From a virus: 64,000 bases of DNA. Of this stretch, positions 36,646-45,801 are shown in pieces (the first letter of the stretch is position 1; the number at the start of each line of letters is the position of its first letter). The translations under genes were made by a program, and so were the position numbers. Below the pieces are notes generated by a model, which worked only from the letters and a program-made list of their open reading frames with translations, ran no database searches and was not told the DNA's origin. The stretch spans positions 3,696 through 67,695 of the IMG/VR virus record IMGVR_UViG_2903506739_000001; one strand, written 5' to 3'.

Positions 36646-36886
36646 CTGACCTCCGTTGCATGCGCATCGACCGGAATGCCGAGGATCTCGGAAATGTCGC
36701 GGATCGCGTCCTCGAGCAGGCGATGCAGCGACGGCAACCGCCTAGCGATCCCCTTGCCGCGGATGTCCAGAAGCTCGTCCATCCATGCCGTAGCGGCTAT
36801 CGGCACGCCGTTGCGGGCGCAGCGCCGGCCCTCGCGGGCGGCCAGCCAGATCGACGTTGCGCGCTCCTGGACGAGGCTTTCGCAGA

Positions 36887-37531
36887 TCATGCAACGCGCC
36901 CCAAAATGCGGTTGTTGCGCAGCGCGGCGAAGTCCCACGCAAAGAAGCGCCTGACGTGGTCCTTGGCCTCGTCGCTTAGTTGCGGTGCCGGTGACGGCGG
37001 CGTTGAGTTGGTGCGGAACAGATCGGCAATGCCGAGCTCCTGATAGAGCGTGCCGAGCCCGCTGTAGGGATAGACCTTGGTGCCGAGATCGGGCCTGAGA
37101 TAGACGAACTGGCTCTTGCGGTTTTCCGGCAGCGAATGGCGCACCGTGTATTGCGGCCAGAAACGCCCCCTTCCCGACGAGTCGTAGGGATTGGTGAAGG
37201 GCAACTGGTTGTTCACGATCCACTCGGAGAACGGCATGTCGACGCTCTGCACGATTGCATCGACATGGGCCTGTTCCTGGTCGGAATGCTCGCCGAACTT
37301 CTCCCTGAAGCGCTGGCAGAACTTGTAGAGGCTCCAAAGCCGCTGAACCGGATCGCGCAGTACGCCGACCTTCTGCCAGCGGTCATAGCCAGCCGGCACG
37401 CCCTCCGCTTCCATGTGGCGATAGAGCAGCACCGAGCCCGGATACTTGGCGGCAATGGCGCGCCGCAGCGAACCCGAGCCGGTGCGCGGGACGAGGATGA
37501 CGACGGTCTGGATTTCGGGAACGATGATCAT
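36887..37531 (-). CDS. sulfotransferase-fold protein (PRTGSGS 5'-PSB-like and RDPVQRLWSLY 3'-PB-like motifs)
   Basis: Start at M31 of track ORF 36887..37621 (MIIVPEIQTVVILVPRTGSGSL…). Motif-level call only. Confidence 0.45.
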   Translation of the reverse strand: MIIVPEIQTVVILVPRTGSGSLRRAIAAKYPGSVLLYRHMEAEGVPAGYDRWQKVGVLRDPVQRLWSLYKFCQRFREKFGEHSDQEQAHVDAIVQSVDMPFSEWIVNNQLPFTNPYDSSGRGRFWPQYTVRHSLPENRKSQFVYLRPDLGTKVYPYSGLGTLYQELGIADLFRTNSTPPSPAPQLSDEAKDHVRRFFAWDFAALRNNRILGRVA

Positions 37532-37598
37532 GAATTCACCCAAAAACGGATTCGCGAAAAGGTTTTCGAAAAACGAAAACGGACTGCCGAGGTCCAGT

Positions 37599-37853
37599 TC
37601 ATGCGTAGCCCCGCAGAGCACGCGTAAGGGCGCTCTCGTACTGAGCCTGAACCTTGCGTGCCCAATAGGCGCTCAGACGTTCTGTCAGGCCCTCGAACAC
37701 GTCCTTGCGCAGTGGCTCGACGCGACGCATATCGGCGAGCATCTGTTCCTGGTCACCTGTGAACGGCTCGCGCAGGTGCATCAGCGGATCGACGATTTTC
37801 ACATTGTAGGTCGTCGACCGGCTTAGGCAGACCACTTCAACTGCGTGCTCCAC
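37599..37853 (-). CDS. hypothetical protein
   Basis: 84 aa ORF. Confidence 0.35.
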   Translation of the reverse strand: MEHAVEVVCLSRSTTYNVKIVDPLMHLREPFTGDQEQMLADMRRVEPLRKDVFEGLTERLSAYWARKVQAQYESALTRALRGYA

Positions 37854-37855
37854 GC

Positions 37856-38185
37856 CTATCCTCCGATCTCGGCGCGGATCGCCGACGCGATCAGCACCTG
37901 TTGCGAGCGCAGGACCTTCGCGGCGTCCGGATCGTTCTCGAAGCCTTGGACGAGGATGCCGCTGATGATGGTCTCGGCCAGGCGCTCGGCACGGCTTTCC
38001 GGCACCTTGGCGCCCTCGACCAGTTCGAGATTGCTGTTGTCGAACCAGTCGTGACCCAAGCGGCCGATCATCATGAACCCGACATAGGTCTTGTGGCCGT
38101 TCGACTGACGGACGAGACCTTCCTTGCCGGCGTACCTGCCAGCCGTGATACGCACTCGCGAATTCTCAACGAAGGCGCTTGCCAT
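37856..38185 (-). CDS. hypothetical protein
   Basis: 109 aa ORF. First gene of an operon downstream of the 38.2-38.5 kb control region. Confidence 0.4.
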   Translation of the reverse strand: MASAFVENSRVRITAGRYAGKEGLVRQSNGHKTYVGFMMIGRLGHDWFDNSNLELVEGAKVPESRAERLAETIISGILVQGFENDPDAAKVLRSQQVLIASAIRAEIGG

Positions 38186-38220
38186 GTCCGAGAGTCTCCT
38201 TGCTCGTTAGGTTGAATTAA

Positions 38221-38235
38221 TCAACGGTCAGTTGA
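38221..38235. promoter_or_regulatory. palindromic operator-like site TCAACGGTCAGTTGA
   Basis: Read from the sequence, ~40 nt upstream of the 37856..38185 start. It is flanked by the further half-site GGTTGAATTAA. Confidence 0.5.
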
Positions 38236-38510
38236 ATTGTCAAGTATCGATTTTGGAGGAAAGTTGATTTGCTGCGGCCGAAGTTGCGAAACCTTGACTC
38301 CTCGATTTTTAAGTTCCGGCTCGAGCCCACGGCCCGATTCGATTTTCCGTTTCCGAAGTTCTGGCAAACTTGATTCTCGATCACTGAAGTAGTCCGTCGA
38401 GGTCGGGCGACCCCCTCGCCGGCTTAACCCTTTCGGTCAGCTGCCGCGGCACCCGATTGAGGGTTAGCGCTGCTTGTGCTTTGATGGCGCCGGCAGGAGG
38501 GCAAGCGATC

Positions 38511-38813
38511 ATGAGCGCGAACCAGGAATCAACCGCAAGCCGGCAGGCTGCCGAGCGTCTGTTAATGGCAGTCGGCATTGCCGCGGCGCTGGCAATCGTC
38601 GCTGGTCTGGTCTGGCTGTTCGCTGGTGGCATGCCTGCCCATTGGCTAGGCTATGTCGTCGCTGTTCTGGTCGCGGCCGGCCTTGCCTCAATACGCGTTG
38701 GCGCGCTCGGCATAGGCCTTTTGCTGACGGCGCTGGCTGCCTTCGTGTTGGGCCTGCCAGGCCTGCTAGGCGGCATTGTGCTGACCATCCTGCTATTGCT
38801 GGCCAGACGCTAG
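38511..38813 (+). CDS. 4-TM small membrane protein (plus-strand moron)
   Basis: 100 aa from M19 of track ORF 38457..38813. RBS GGAGGG. Highly hydrophobic and Ala/Leu/Gly-rich. Confidence 0.45.
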   Translation: MSANQESTASRQAAERLLMAVGIAAALAIVAGLVWLFAGGMPAHWLGYVVAVLVAAGLASIRVGALGIGLLLTALAAFVLGLPGLLGGIVLTILLLLARR

Positions 38814-38816
38814 GCG

Positions 38817-38866
38817 CACAAACGAAAAGCCCGGCGCATCGGCCGGGCTGATCTCAGTTTTCAGGA
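38817..38866. terminator. bidirectional rho-independent terminator (GCCCGGC-GCATCG-GCCGGGC with A-run upstream and T-rich downstream)
   Basis: Hairpin read from the sequence. It separates the plus-strand moron from the NTPase gene end. Confidence 0.5.
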
Positions 38867-38876
38867 TTGCAGGAAA

Positions 38877-40097
38877 CTAGCGCAAGGCCGCTCTTATGCG
38901 ACCACGCAAGGCAAACCAGGCGCCGACACAGAAGGCCGCACAGACGCCTAGCCGGCCGGTCTCGATTGCCCAGACCAGGAAGGCCAGGAAAGCGACTATA
39001 AGCGCCGCGCAAATGGCGTATAACGCGATTTCGAACCATGGCGGCAGGTCGGCGCCGATCGGCCGGCTAGGCGTCTGTGCGGCCTGTGGCGGCATGAACT
39101 GGCGCCGTTCAGTTTCGGACAAGGCGCCGAGCGCGCAAGCCGGCAAGTCTGCTTTGACTGTCAGCACGCGAGTCGGCCTGCCGTTGGCGTCAATCGACTG
39201 GAAGCGCGCCACGCCAACGGGCAAGGATCGATCATGTTCAACGCGCGTTGCCAGTTGTTCCCGCACCAATGGCGGCACATCGTTGGCCGATTGCGAGACG
39301 AACCAGACGCCAACGCCTTTGGAGCGGATGAGGCGCACGGTTTGCTCTATGCGCCGCAAGAGCGGCAACGGGCAATCTTGAAAAAGCAAATGCGACTCGT
39401 CGAAAAAGAACACCAGGCGCGGCTTGTCCAAATCGCCGACCTCGGGCAGGCGTTCATAGAGCTCTGAGAGAAGCCAAAGCAGGAAAGCCGAATAGACACG
39501 CGGCGCCGTCATGAGCTTGTCGGCTGCCAAGATGGAAACCCGTTCAGGCTCTAGCAGTTGCGCCACGTCAAAGGCCGGGCTGCCGAAGAATCGCGCGCCG
39601 TCCTGGCTTTCCAGCCGCATCAGCGCGCGCTGTATCACGCCAACGGACGCGGCCGACACCTGGCCGTAGGCGATCGAGACGGACTCGCGCTCGGCAAGCG
39701 TGCGCACCAGTGCAGCGCGCAAATCCGCAAGCGTGCTGAGTGGCAAGCCACGATCTCGGACAAAGGCGAAAGCGATCTCCAGCGTGCCGGCTTGCGCGTC
39801 CGTCAATTCAAGCGCGCGCGCCAACAGGTCGGCGCCGAATCCCCTGACGCTGGCGTTCAGCGGCCGGCCGGCCTGCCCGAACAAATCGAGGATCTCGACA
39901 GGACATGAGCGGGAAAGCGCGGCAATGTCGCCTTTGACATCAGCCAGGAAAACGGGAACGCCTTGCCGGCTGAACTGCTCGGCAAGGCGCATCAGTGAAA
40001 CCGTTTTGCCCGTGCCTGTGGCGCCGGTAATCAGCCCGTGTCGATTGGCGTATCTGAGAGGGATTGAGGCGCCGCGGCCTAACGTGATTGCCGTCAT
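38877..40097 (-). CDS. P-loop NTPase (FtsK/HerA/Zot-like Walker A GATGTGKT, Walker B FFFDESH) with C-terminal membrane anchor
   Basis: 406 aa ORF. Walker motifs are present. Two hydrophobic helices lie near the C-terminus. Confidence 0.65.
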   Translation of the reverse strand: MTAITLGRGASIPLRYANRHGLITGATGTGKTVSLMRLAEQFSRQGVPVFLADVKGDIAALSRSCPVEILDLFGQAGRPLNASVRGFGADLLARALELTDAQAGTLEIAFAFVRDRGLPLSTLADLRAALVRTLAERESVSIAYGQVSAASVGVIQRALMRLESQDGARFFGSPAFDVAQLLEPERVSILAADKLMTAPRVYSAFLLWLLSELYERLPEVGDLDKPRLVFFFDESHLLFQDCPLPLLRRIEQTVRLIRSKGVGVWFVSQSANDVPPLVREQLATRVEHDRSLPVGVARFQSIDANGRPTRVLTVKADLPACALGALSETERRQFMPPQAAQTPSRPIGADLPPWFEIALYAICAALIVAFLAFLVWAIETGRLGVCAAFCVGAWFALRGRIRAALR

Positions 40098-40336
40098 ACG
40101 GCAGACTCCAAACAGCGCCGCACGATCTCGATTTCTGCCGTCATGCTGCCGACGTAGGGCAGCGGTTCAACGCTGTAGTCGAATTCGAGTCCGTGATAGT
40201 CGGCCAGAGCGTCAATGCAGCATCCGGCCAGGTAGCTTGCACGATCGAAATCAGTCCCGCCGACAAAGCGGAAAATCGGATATGCGGTGCCGTCCTTTGG
40301 CTTGCAAAGCATCGTCACTAGAAACACGTCGTTCAT
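40094..40336 (-). CDS. hypothetical protein
   Basis: 80 aa ORF with an ATGA overlap. Confidence 0.4.
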   Translation of the reverse strand: MNDVFLVTMLCKPKDGTAYPIFRFVGGTDFDRASYLAGCCIDALADYHGLEFDYSVEPLPYVGSMTAEIEIVRRCLESAV

Positions 40337-40608
40337 GAGCGCACCTGTTCACCATCAACATCAAGCCAATGATCGGGCGGAAAGCCGCAAGAAAAGCCGC
40401 TTTCGAAGTCGACGCGGATACAATCGGACGTTTCGCGCTCGATTGCCAGGACGGTTTCAAATTCGAACTGGAATTCCGGATGCTCGGAAATGGTGCTTGC
40501 ATCAAAGATCGGATCGGCGAAAATATCGCCTTCCAAGTCGCACCTATCGCCGACTCTCAGTTCGGAAATGAGCCGTTGCGCGTTGCCGTTTGTGTAGCGA
40601 TCAACCAT
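40333..40608 (-). CDS. hypothetical acidic protein
   Basis: 91 aa ORF. Confidence 0.4.
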   Translation of the reverse strand: MVDRYTNGNAQRLISELRVGDRCDLEGDIFADPIFDASTISEHPEFQFEFETVLAIERETSDCIRVDFESGFSCGFPPDHWLDVDGEQVRS

Positions 40609-41023
40609 TGTCGGACTCCTTCACAGTCAGAAAGATTCGCTTGCCGGCCGCGACGGTCACGACCTTGAACCGCTTCGCTATGGCGTCGCGTTCGGCCTGG
40701 CCAATCCAGCGCTGCCAGAGATCGGCGGAAATCGACAATTCGGCGCCTGCCAGAAAGCGGCGCGACGTCATCCATTCGACGCAAACCGCGGCGCTGGCAA
40801 ATATCGATTTGAGCGTGTCGCCATTACCCCATGTCATCTGGAATTCGGCGCCGCTGACTGGCACAGGATCAATGAGGATGAGCGACGGCGCGCCGCGCTT
40901 GCGCCACCAGCGCCGGCCGTTGATCGTCGGAACCGCGTTGCAATGACGCGAGATGCAAGCCAGGTTCTTGGACGTCCGAACCGCTTTGCCGGCGATGTCG
41001 AGAATCTGCAAAGGCGCGCTCAT
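40601..41023 (-). CDS. hypothetical protein
   Basis: 140 aa ORF. Confidence 0.4.
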   Translation of the reverse strand: MSAPLQILDIAGKAVRTSKNLACISRHCNAVPTINGRRWWRKRGAPSLILIDPVPVSGAEFQMTWGNGDTLKSIFASAAVCVEWMTSRRFLAGAELSISADLWQRWIGQAERDAIAKRFKVVTVAAGKRIFLTVKESDNG

Positions 41024-41538
41024 GCTGCCGACTCCACCTGCTTGCGGGCTTCACACTCCGCGCGGAATTCTTCGCGCCAGATATCCCAGCGCTTTTTCCG
41101 CTCGGCTGCCGTGCCGTTTTCGGCAATGTGCACTGCCTCTCGGGCAGCGTCGAAGGCGCGACCGTCGCGTGCCAGCGTCAAGCCGTATTCGACGGCAAGG
41201 CAAAGCGCCTGAAAGCCTTCGGCGATATAGGTTGCCTTGCGCCAATGATAGTTGTTCAGCGTGCCGAATCGGCCGCTAAATGCATCAGCGAAACACGCGT
41301 CCGTGTCGCCCGAGAAATGCCAGGAAAGAACATGGATGTCTGGCTGAACGGAATCGCCGTCCAAATCGATCAGTAGCTGCAGGCCGCGTGCCGCCTTGAT
41401 GTTCAGATGGATGGCACGCGGACCAGGAAACAGCGTGCCGCCTTCGACACGCTCGAATGTCGCGCCGTTGGCAACGATGAGCTTTTCCATTTCGGCAGCC
41501 ATCTGGAGACGATCGGCCTTGCGTTTTTCGGTCAGCAT
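41020..41538 (-). CDS. hypothetical protein
   Basis: 172 aa ORF preceded by the junction cassette CCGTTCAACC…AAGGAGTC. Confidence 0.45.
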   Translation of the reverse strand: MLTEKRKADRLQMAAEMEKLIVANGATFERVEGGTLFPGPRAIHLNIKAARGLQLLIDLDGDSVQPDIHVLSWHFSGDTDACFADAFSGRFGTLNNYHWRKATYIAEGFQALCLAVEYGLTLARDGRAFDAAREAVHIAENGTAAERKKRWDIWREEFRAECEARKQVESAA

Positions 41539-41570
41539 TTGGTTGACTCCTTGTCGTGTTGGTTGAACGG

Positions 41571-42023
41571 CTAAGCGTGCGAAAGGGCTTCCGCCTCGAT
41601 TGCTGCAATCGTCGCGGTTTCGATGTCGTGCGGTGTTGTCGGATCACTCAGGCCGCGGAAGTCGATCGAGCCGGCCGGCGCGTCTGGCGTGCGATCACAT
41701 AGCAACGCCATGGCGCGCAAGCGTCGCGCCTGATGGCGGTTCGCTTCAGCCTCACGGGCTGACCAGGGCTTGTTTTCCGTTGCCTTGTATGCGGCGCATT
41801 CATCGTTGCGCTCGGCACCATAGCGCAAGCTTCGCGCATATGAGGCAGCCGGCGCATTGTACCAAATCGACGGGCAAACGATGCTTTCGCCCGTCTCGGC
41901 ATTGTTCCATGTCAGTGCCGAGACGTGGCGCGGATCGTCGTTCGGCGCAAGCTTCCACGCGTCGCCACGTGGCGCGCTTTGCTGGAAATTCGGCAGATTG
42001 CAAGCGAGAATGTAAGCGCCCAT
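41571..42023 (-). CDS. hypothetical protein
   Basis: 150 aa ORF. Confidence 0.4.
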   Translation of the reverse strand: MGAYILACNLPNFQQSAPRGDAWKLAPNDDPRHVSALTWNNAETGESIVCPSIWYNAPAASYARSLRYGAERNDECAAYKATENKPWSAREAEANRHQARRLRAMALLCDRTPDAPAGSIDFRGLSDPTTPHDIETATIAAIEAEALSHA

Positions 42024-42027
42024 GGTC

Positions 42028-44001
42028 TCAGACTCCCGCGTCCAGAGTGACCAGAACCGTTGCCGTTGCGGTTCCCGACTCCTTGAATGAACCGGCCTGC
42101 AGGTCGAGCTTTTCGCCGCTCATACGGTCGAACCAATCGCGAAAGCTTGCCGCCTTGTTGTCCTGGCGGAAGAACGGACCAGGCGACATCACGGCAATAA
42201 GCTTGCCGCCTGGTCGCAACATCGAATGAGCGTGGCGCACGTGCTCGATATCCTGCCCGTTCTCAAAGGGCGGATTCATCAGCACACGGTCGAAACGTGG
42301 TCCGCGCTCGGCTTCCATGAAATCGGCGCCGGCTACCGTGTAGCCTTTCAGCGCCAGGATCTCGCGCAAACTGTTGTGCCGTTCATACGTTGTCAGCCGA
42401 GCGGCTGGAAACCGCTCCCGCACCATGTCCAGAATTGCCGCGCTGCCGCCTTCCGGTTCCAACATATCGAAGGCGCCGGCCGGCATGTCGGCAAGGTAAA
42501 TCATGCGTTCGATCACGGCGCCGGGAGTCGGGAAAAAGCCCGGAATGTTGGCGAACTGCAGCGCCTGAACCTTGCGGCGCAATTCTTCGGCCTTGCGGCT
42601 TTCGTCGCTCGGCTTGTCCAGCAAAGCCCAAATGGCGCGCGCCGCTGGCGTGTCGAGCGACGGTTTTCCCGTGTCTATGCCCGCGTCATAGTAGCCGGCG
42701 CGGGAGCGATCGATAACGGTTCCGACAAGCTCGAAAGCCGCTTTCTTGGAAGTGACGCGCGCAAGCTCTGGCGCGATGGTTCCTGCCTCATGCTGACCAG
42801 CCAAAGCCCGCAAGGCGGCTTGCGTGCGCTGCAGCCTGTAACCGTCCAGACGTGCCGAGTCTGCCTCGCGTTGCCGCTTTGGCGTGTTGGTCAGACGGTC
42901 GCGCATCTTGCCGTCAATCTCGCCTTGCATGTCGTCGGCAAGCCGCCGAAGCTTGTCCGCCATGTCGGCACGCGGCGCGGCCTGCTTGATCTCGTCAACG
43001 GCCGACTCGGCTACCGGCTGGACGGTCGAACCTGCGAACGATTCCGCCTTGTCGCGAACCTTGAAAGCAAAGCCGCCTGGCGTCCGTCCCCATGGTTTGG
43101 AATACCAGCCGCCGAGCTCTTCCGCCTTGTCGCGCAAGGCGTCGAAGGTCTCACGGTCGACACGCTCGGGCATGATGCAAATGAACATCTGAAAGCCCTT
43201 TTTCGTGTGCGTGTGTTCTTCGATCGTCATTCCAGCCGCGGCGACGGTCTGGACGGCAGCGGGCGGCACGGGAGCGGCCAAAGCCCAATCGGCCGTTGGC
43301 AGTTGTCTGACCGGTTCCGAAGAGTCCCAAAACCGTTGTTTGCGCACCTGCCATCCGCTTGAATAGCGTCCGCCGACTTTCAGGAAATAGCCGGCGCCCA
43401 TGCTCCATTTCTGGCGGTTTTCCGCCGACTCTGGCGCGTCGACCAAATGCGCGGTTTCGGGCAGGTTTGCAGCCGCCTTGCGCATCTCGGGAAACAGGTC
43501 GCGCGAATGGCTGGAAAAGCCGAGGATGACGGTTCGAACGGTTTTGCCGCCGAAATAATCCGTCATCGAGTCGCTTTCATCCTTGATCAGTTCGGCGACG
43601 ATGACGGCTTTTGCCCATGCCGGAATCTTGCCGGCCGCGTCCGCTTCGAACGCCTGGCGCGCCTGCTTTGCCGAATCCCGATCGGCTGCAGCCTTGTCAA
43701 AGGCGTCGCGTTGCGCCAGGCGTGCGGCTTGCATGCGCGCTGGTATCTCGGCAGCCGGAACAGTCGGCAGGTTCGCGCGCCGTGCCCGCTCTATGAACGG
43801 CGCCGCAATGCCGTCTGCTAGTTCGGAAATCGGCGCCGTGAGACGATCGAACACGCAAACGAATTCGTTGCGGACTTGCGCCATGCCGGCGCCGATCACG
43901 AACGATTTTGTTTCTGGTGCCTTGATCTCGGCAATGAATCCGCGATTTCCGTAGTGGTCGATAAGAGGCGTTCCGATAGAGATTTCAACGTGCTGGTTCA
44001 T
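42028..44001 (-). CDS. large protein with C-terminal N6-adenine DNA methyltransferase domain (NPPF motif)
   Basis: 657 aa ORF. C-terminal SAM-MTase motifs (LEPEGGSAAIL … VLMNPPFENGQD). The ~400 aa N-terminal region is of unknown function. Confidence 0.7.
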   Translation of the reverse strand: MNQHVEISIGTPLIDHYGNRGFIAEIKAPETKSFVIGAGMAQVRNEFVCVFDRLTAPISELADGIAAPFIERARRANLPTVPAAEIPARMQAARLAQRDAFDKAAADRDSAKQARQAFEADAAGKIPAWAKAVIVAELIKDESDSMTDYFGGKTVRTVILGFSSHSRDLFPEMRKAAANLPETAHLVDAPESAENRQKWSMGAGYFLKVGGRYSSGWQVRKQRFWDSSEPVRQLPTADWALAAPVPPAAVQTVAAAGMTIEEHTHTKKGFQMFICIMPERVDRETFDALRDKAEELGGWYSKPWGRTPGGFAFKVRDKAESFAGSTVQPVAESAVDEIKQAAPRADMADKLRRLADDMQGEIDGKMRDRLTNTPKRQREADSARLDGYRLQRTQAALRALAGQHEAGTIAPELARVTSKKAAFELVGTVIDRSRAGYYDAGIDTGKPSLDTPAARAIWALLDKPSDESRKAEELRRKVQALQFANIPGFFPTPGAVIERMIYLADMPAGAFDMLEPEGGSAAILDMVRERFPAARLTTYERHNSLREILALKGYTVAGADFMEAERGPRFDRVLMNPPFENGQDIEHVRHAHSMLRPGGKLIAVMSPGPFFRQDNKAASFRDWFDRMSGEKLDLQAGSFKESGTATATVLVTLDAGV

Positions 44002-44025
44002 GTCATGACTCCTTGATTGAGTTAG

Positions 44026-44040
44026 TCAACAATTGGTTGA
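44026..44040. promoter_or_regulatory. palindromic operator-like site TCAACAATTGGTTGA
   Basis: Read from the sequence, ~25 nt upstream of the 42028..44001 start. Confidence 0.5.
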
Positions 44041-44044
44041 ACGG

Positions 44045-44935
44045 CTAGGCGTGAATGCCGGCCGACTCGTTGAACGCGTCGACAAGCCGCTTGTCGCTGG
44101 TGTTCCAACTTGGCCAGCAATCGCCGACGAATTCGCCTTCCATGAGCTTGGCGCGCTTTTCCCTGGCGTCGGCAATGCTATGCAGGATCTCGGCAACGCG
44201 CTGCCGTATGGTCGCGCAAATGGCAGGAAAGGCCTTGCCGTCGTCGCGCGCTGCCCGTCGCTCGGCTAGAAGCTCGAGCGCTAGTTTCCGATCGGCGGCA
44301 ATCTCTTCGCCGAGCTCGGCATAGCGCACGCCAGCGCTGGACGCGGCGCGCCACTCCCGCTCATCCTCGGCATACCAGGCTGCCAGTTGATCGGCATAGC
44401 CGGCCTGTGTGCGCTTTGCATCGTCGCAATCTTCGCCGCTGGCGCCGCGTTCGATGTCGTCGAAACCGAGGCAGGCCGCACCATCGTTGAACGGATCGGC
44501 GACGCCTGCCACGAAAAGCGGTTTGCCGTGCCTCCCTGGCAGTTGATAGACGATTCCGCGTGCCGTCTCGCCATCGTTGTCATTGTCGAGAAACCAGCCT
44601 GTATGGTCGAGCCTGACAAGCTTGTCGGCATAGTCGACGACGCGCAAGCCGCATGCGGCCGGCTTTTCAATCCAGCGCATTGCCTTTGCGCCGCGCAACT
44701 TAAAGGCCGGACCATAGGCGCCGCTGGCAGCCGATTCGGCATAGCGGATTTTGTTCATGCCGACATCAGCGCGCGCCAGGTGCAACGCCTCTTTTGCGCC
44801 AAAGCCCGGCTTGCCGGTTTTGGTCACGCGCACGGCGCGCCAGTAGCGATATGCCCAGACCAGCCTTTCCGCTTCGCTCGGGTTGCCGCCGACATAGCTT
44901 TGACGGTTGAAAGCGGCTTTAAGAGACTCAGTCAT
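44045..44935 (-). CDS. hypothetical protein
   Basis: 296 aa ORF. Confidence 0.45.
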   Translation of the reverse strand: MTESLKAAFNRQSYVGGNPSEAERLVWAYRYWRAVRVTKTGKPGFGAKEALHLARADVGMNKIRYAESAASGAYGPAFKLRGAKAMRWIEKPAACGLRVVDYADKLVRLDHTGWFLDNDNDGETARGIVYQLPGRHGKPLFVAGVADPFNDGAACLGFDDIERGASGEDCDDAKRTQAGYADQLAAWYAEDEREWRAASSAGVRYAELGEEIAADRKLALELLAERRAARDDGKAFPAICATIRQRVAEILHSIADAREKRAKLMEGEFVGDCWPSWNTSDKRLVDAFNESAGIHA

Positions 44936-44966
44936 TGGTAGACTCCTTGTCGAGATGGTTGAACGA

Positions 44967-45296
44967 TTAGGCAGCCAATGCCGCTTTCACAGCCGCGCTT
45001 GCCTCTTCCGCGGTTTTCCAGGACGACTCGGCGAAATGCGTGCGCATGCGATCGGCGGTTTCCGCGTTGACCTTGTCGAACGATGCGACAAAACACGGCA
45101 GCCGCATTTCCCTTTTCCGCTCACAGCCGAAACCTGGCACGACGGTTTTAACCGTGCCGTCACGTGTCGCGCTGCCGACTGTTCCGACTCGCCACTCACG
45201 CCAACGCAATGTGCCGTCCTTAAGCGACGTCGCCGAATGATCCTCGGCATAGACTATGAGATTGCCTTTTCTGGCTTTCATGGATTCAGACATGGT
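44967..45296 (-). CDS. hypothetical protein
   Basis: Start at M38 of the track ORF (MSESMKARKG…), preceded by CAAGGAGTC. Confidence 0.4.
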   Translation of the reverse strand, partial: TMSESMKARKGNLIVYAEDHSATSLKDGTLRWREWRVGTVGSATRDGTVKTVVPGFGCERKREMRLPCFVASFDKVNAETADRMRTHFAESSWKTAEEASAAVKAALAA

Positions 45297-45315
45297 CGAC
45301 TCCTTGTCGGTTGAT

Positions 45316-45561
45316 TTAGCGAACCTGCACACAATCGAGCGTGCGCACGTCGTCGGGCAGGACGGCGCCAGACCGCGCCGCGGCACACGAGTCGCCGCTG
45401 CCTGCAACGAACAAATCGCCGCTGCCCGTCGTCGCCTGGAATTCGTAGACCGGGCTGGACTGATCGGCGAAAGCCGCTTTGCCGACCTGCCACCAGAACG
45501 CGACGGTAAAGCCGAGCGCGGCTAACGCAGGCCAGTTGATGTTTTTCAAAACCTTGATCAT
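45316..45561 (-). CDS. small secreted protein (signal peptide)
   Basis: Start at M61 of the track ORF (MIKVLKNINWPALAALGFTVAFWWQVGKAAFA). Confidence 0.35.
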   Translation of the reverse strand: MIKVLKNINWPALAALGFTVAFWWQVGKAAFADQSSPVYEFQATTGSGDLFVAGSGDSCAAARSGAVLPDDVRTLDCVQVR

Positions 45562-45788
45562 TTGCCCGACTCCCGCATGATGCTTGCGGCGACGATGTCG
45601 AGCGCTGCCCGCAAGGCCGGCCGCATCTTGTTCAGGATTTTGAAAATGAGTGACTTTGCGGCCTTGTCCTGCAGCCGATTGGCACAAGACAGCGCCTGCC
45701 GCATGTAGACGTCCGCTGTGATGGCAAAGCCGTTCAGCCATGCCGAGCGCGCCAGCGTCACGAGGGAAATTGCGTGTTCCCGTTCCAT
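45558..45788 (-). CDS. hypothetical protein
   Basis: Start at M26 of the track ORF. Confidence 0.35.
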   Translation of the reverse strand: MEREHAISLVTLARSAWLNGFAITADVYMRQALSCANRLQDKAAKSLIFKILNKMRPALRAALDIVAASIMRESGK

Positions 45789-45801
45789 GGTCCTATCCCT
45801 C

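Noticed and set aside
36642-37337. Track ORF 36642..37337 (-) overlapping the sulfotransferase-fold gene
   Set aside because: Arg-rich composition in an alternative frame. The overlapping 36887..37531 frame carries recognisable motifs.
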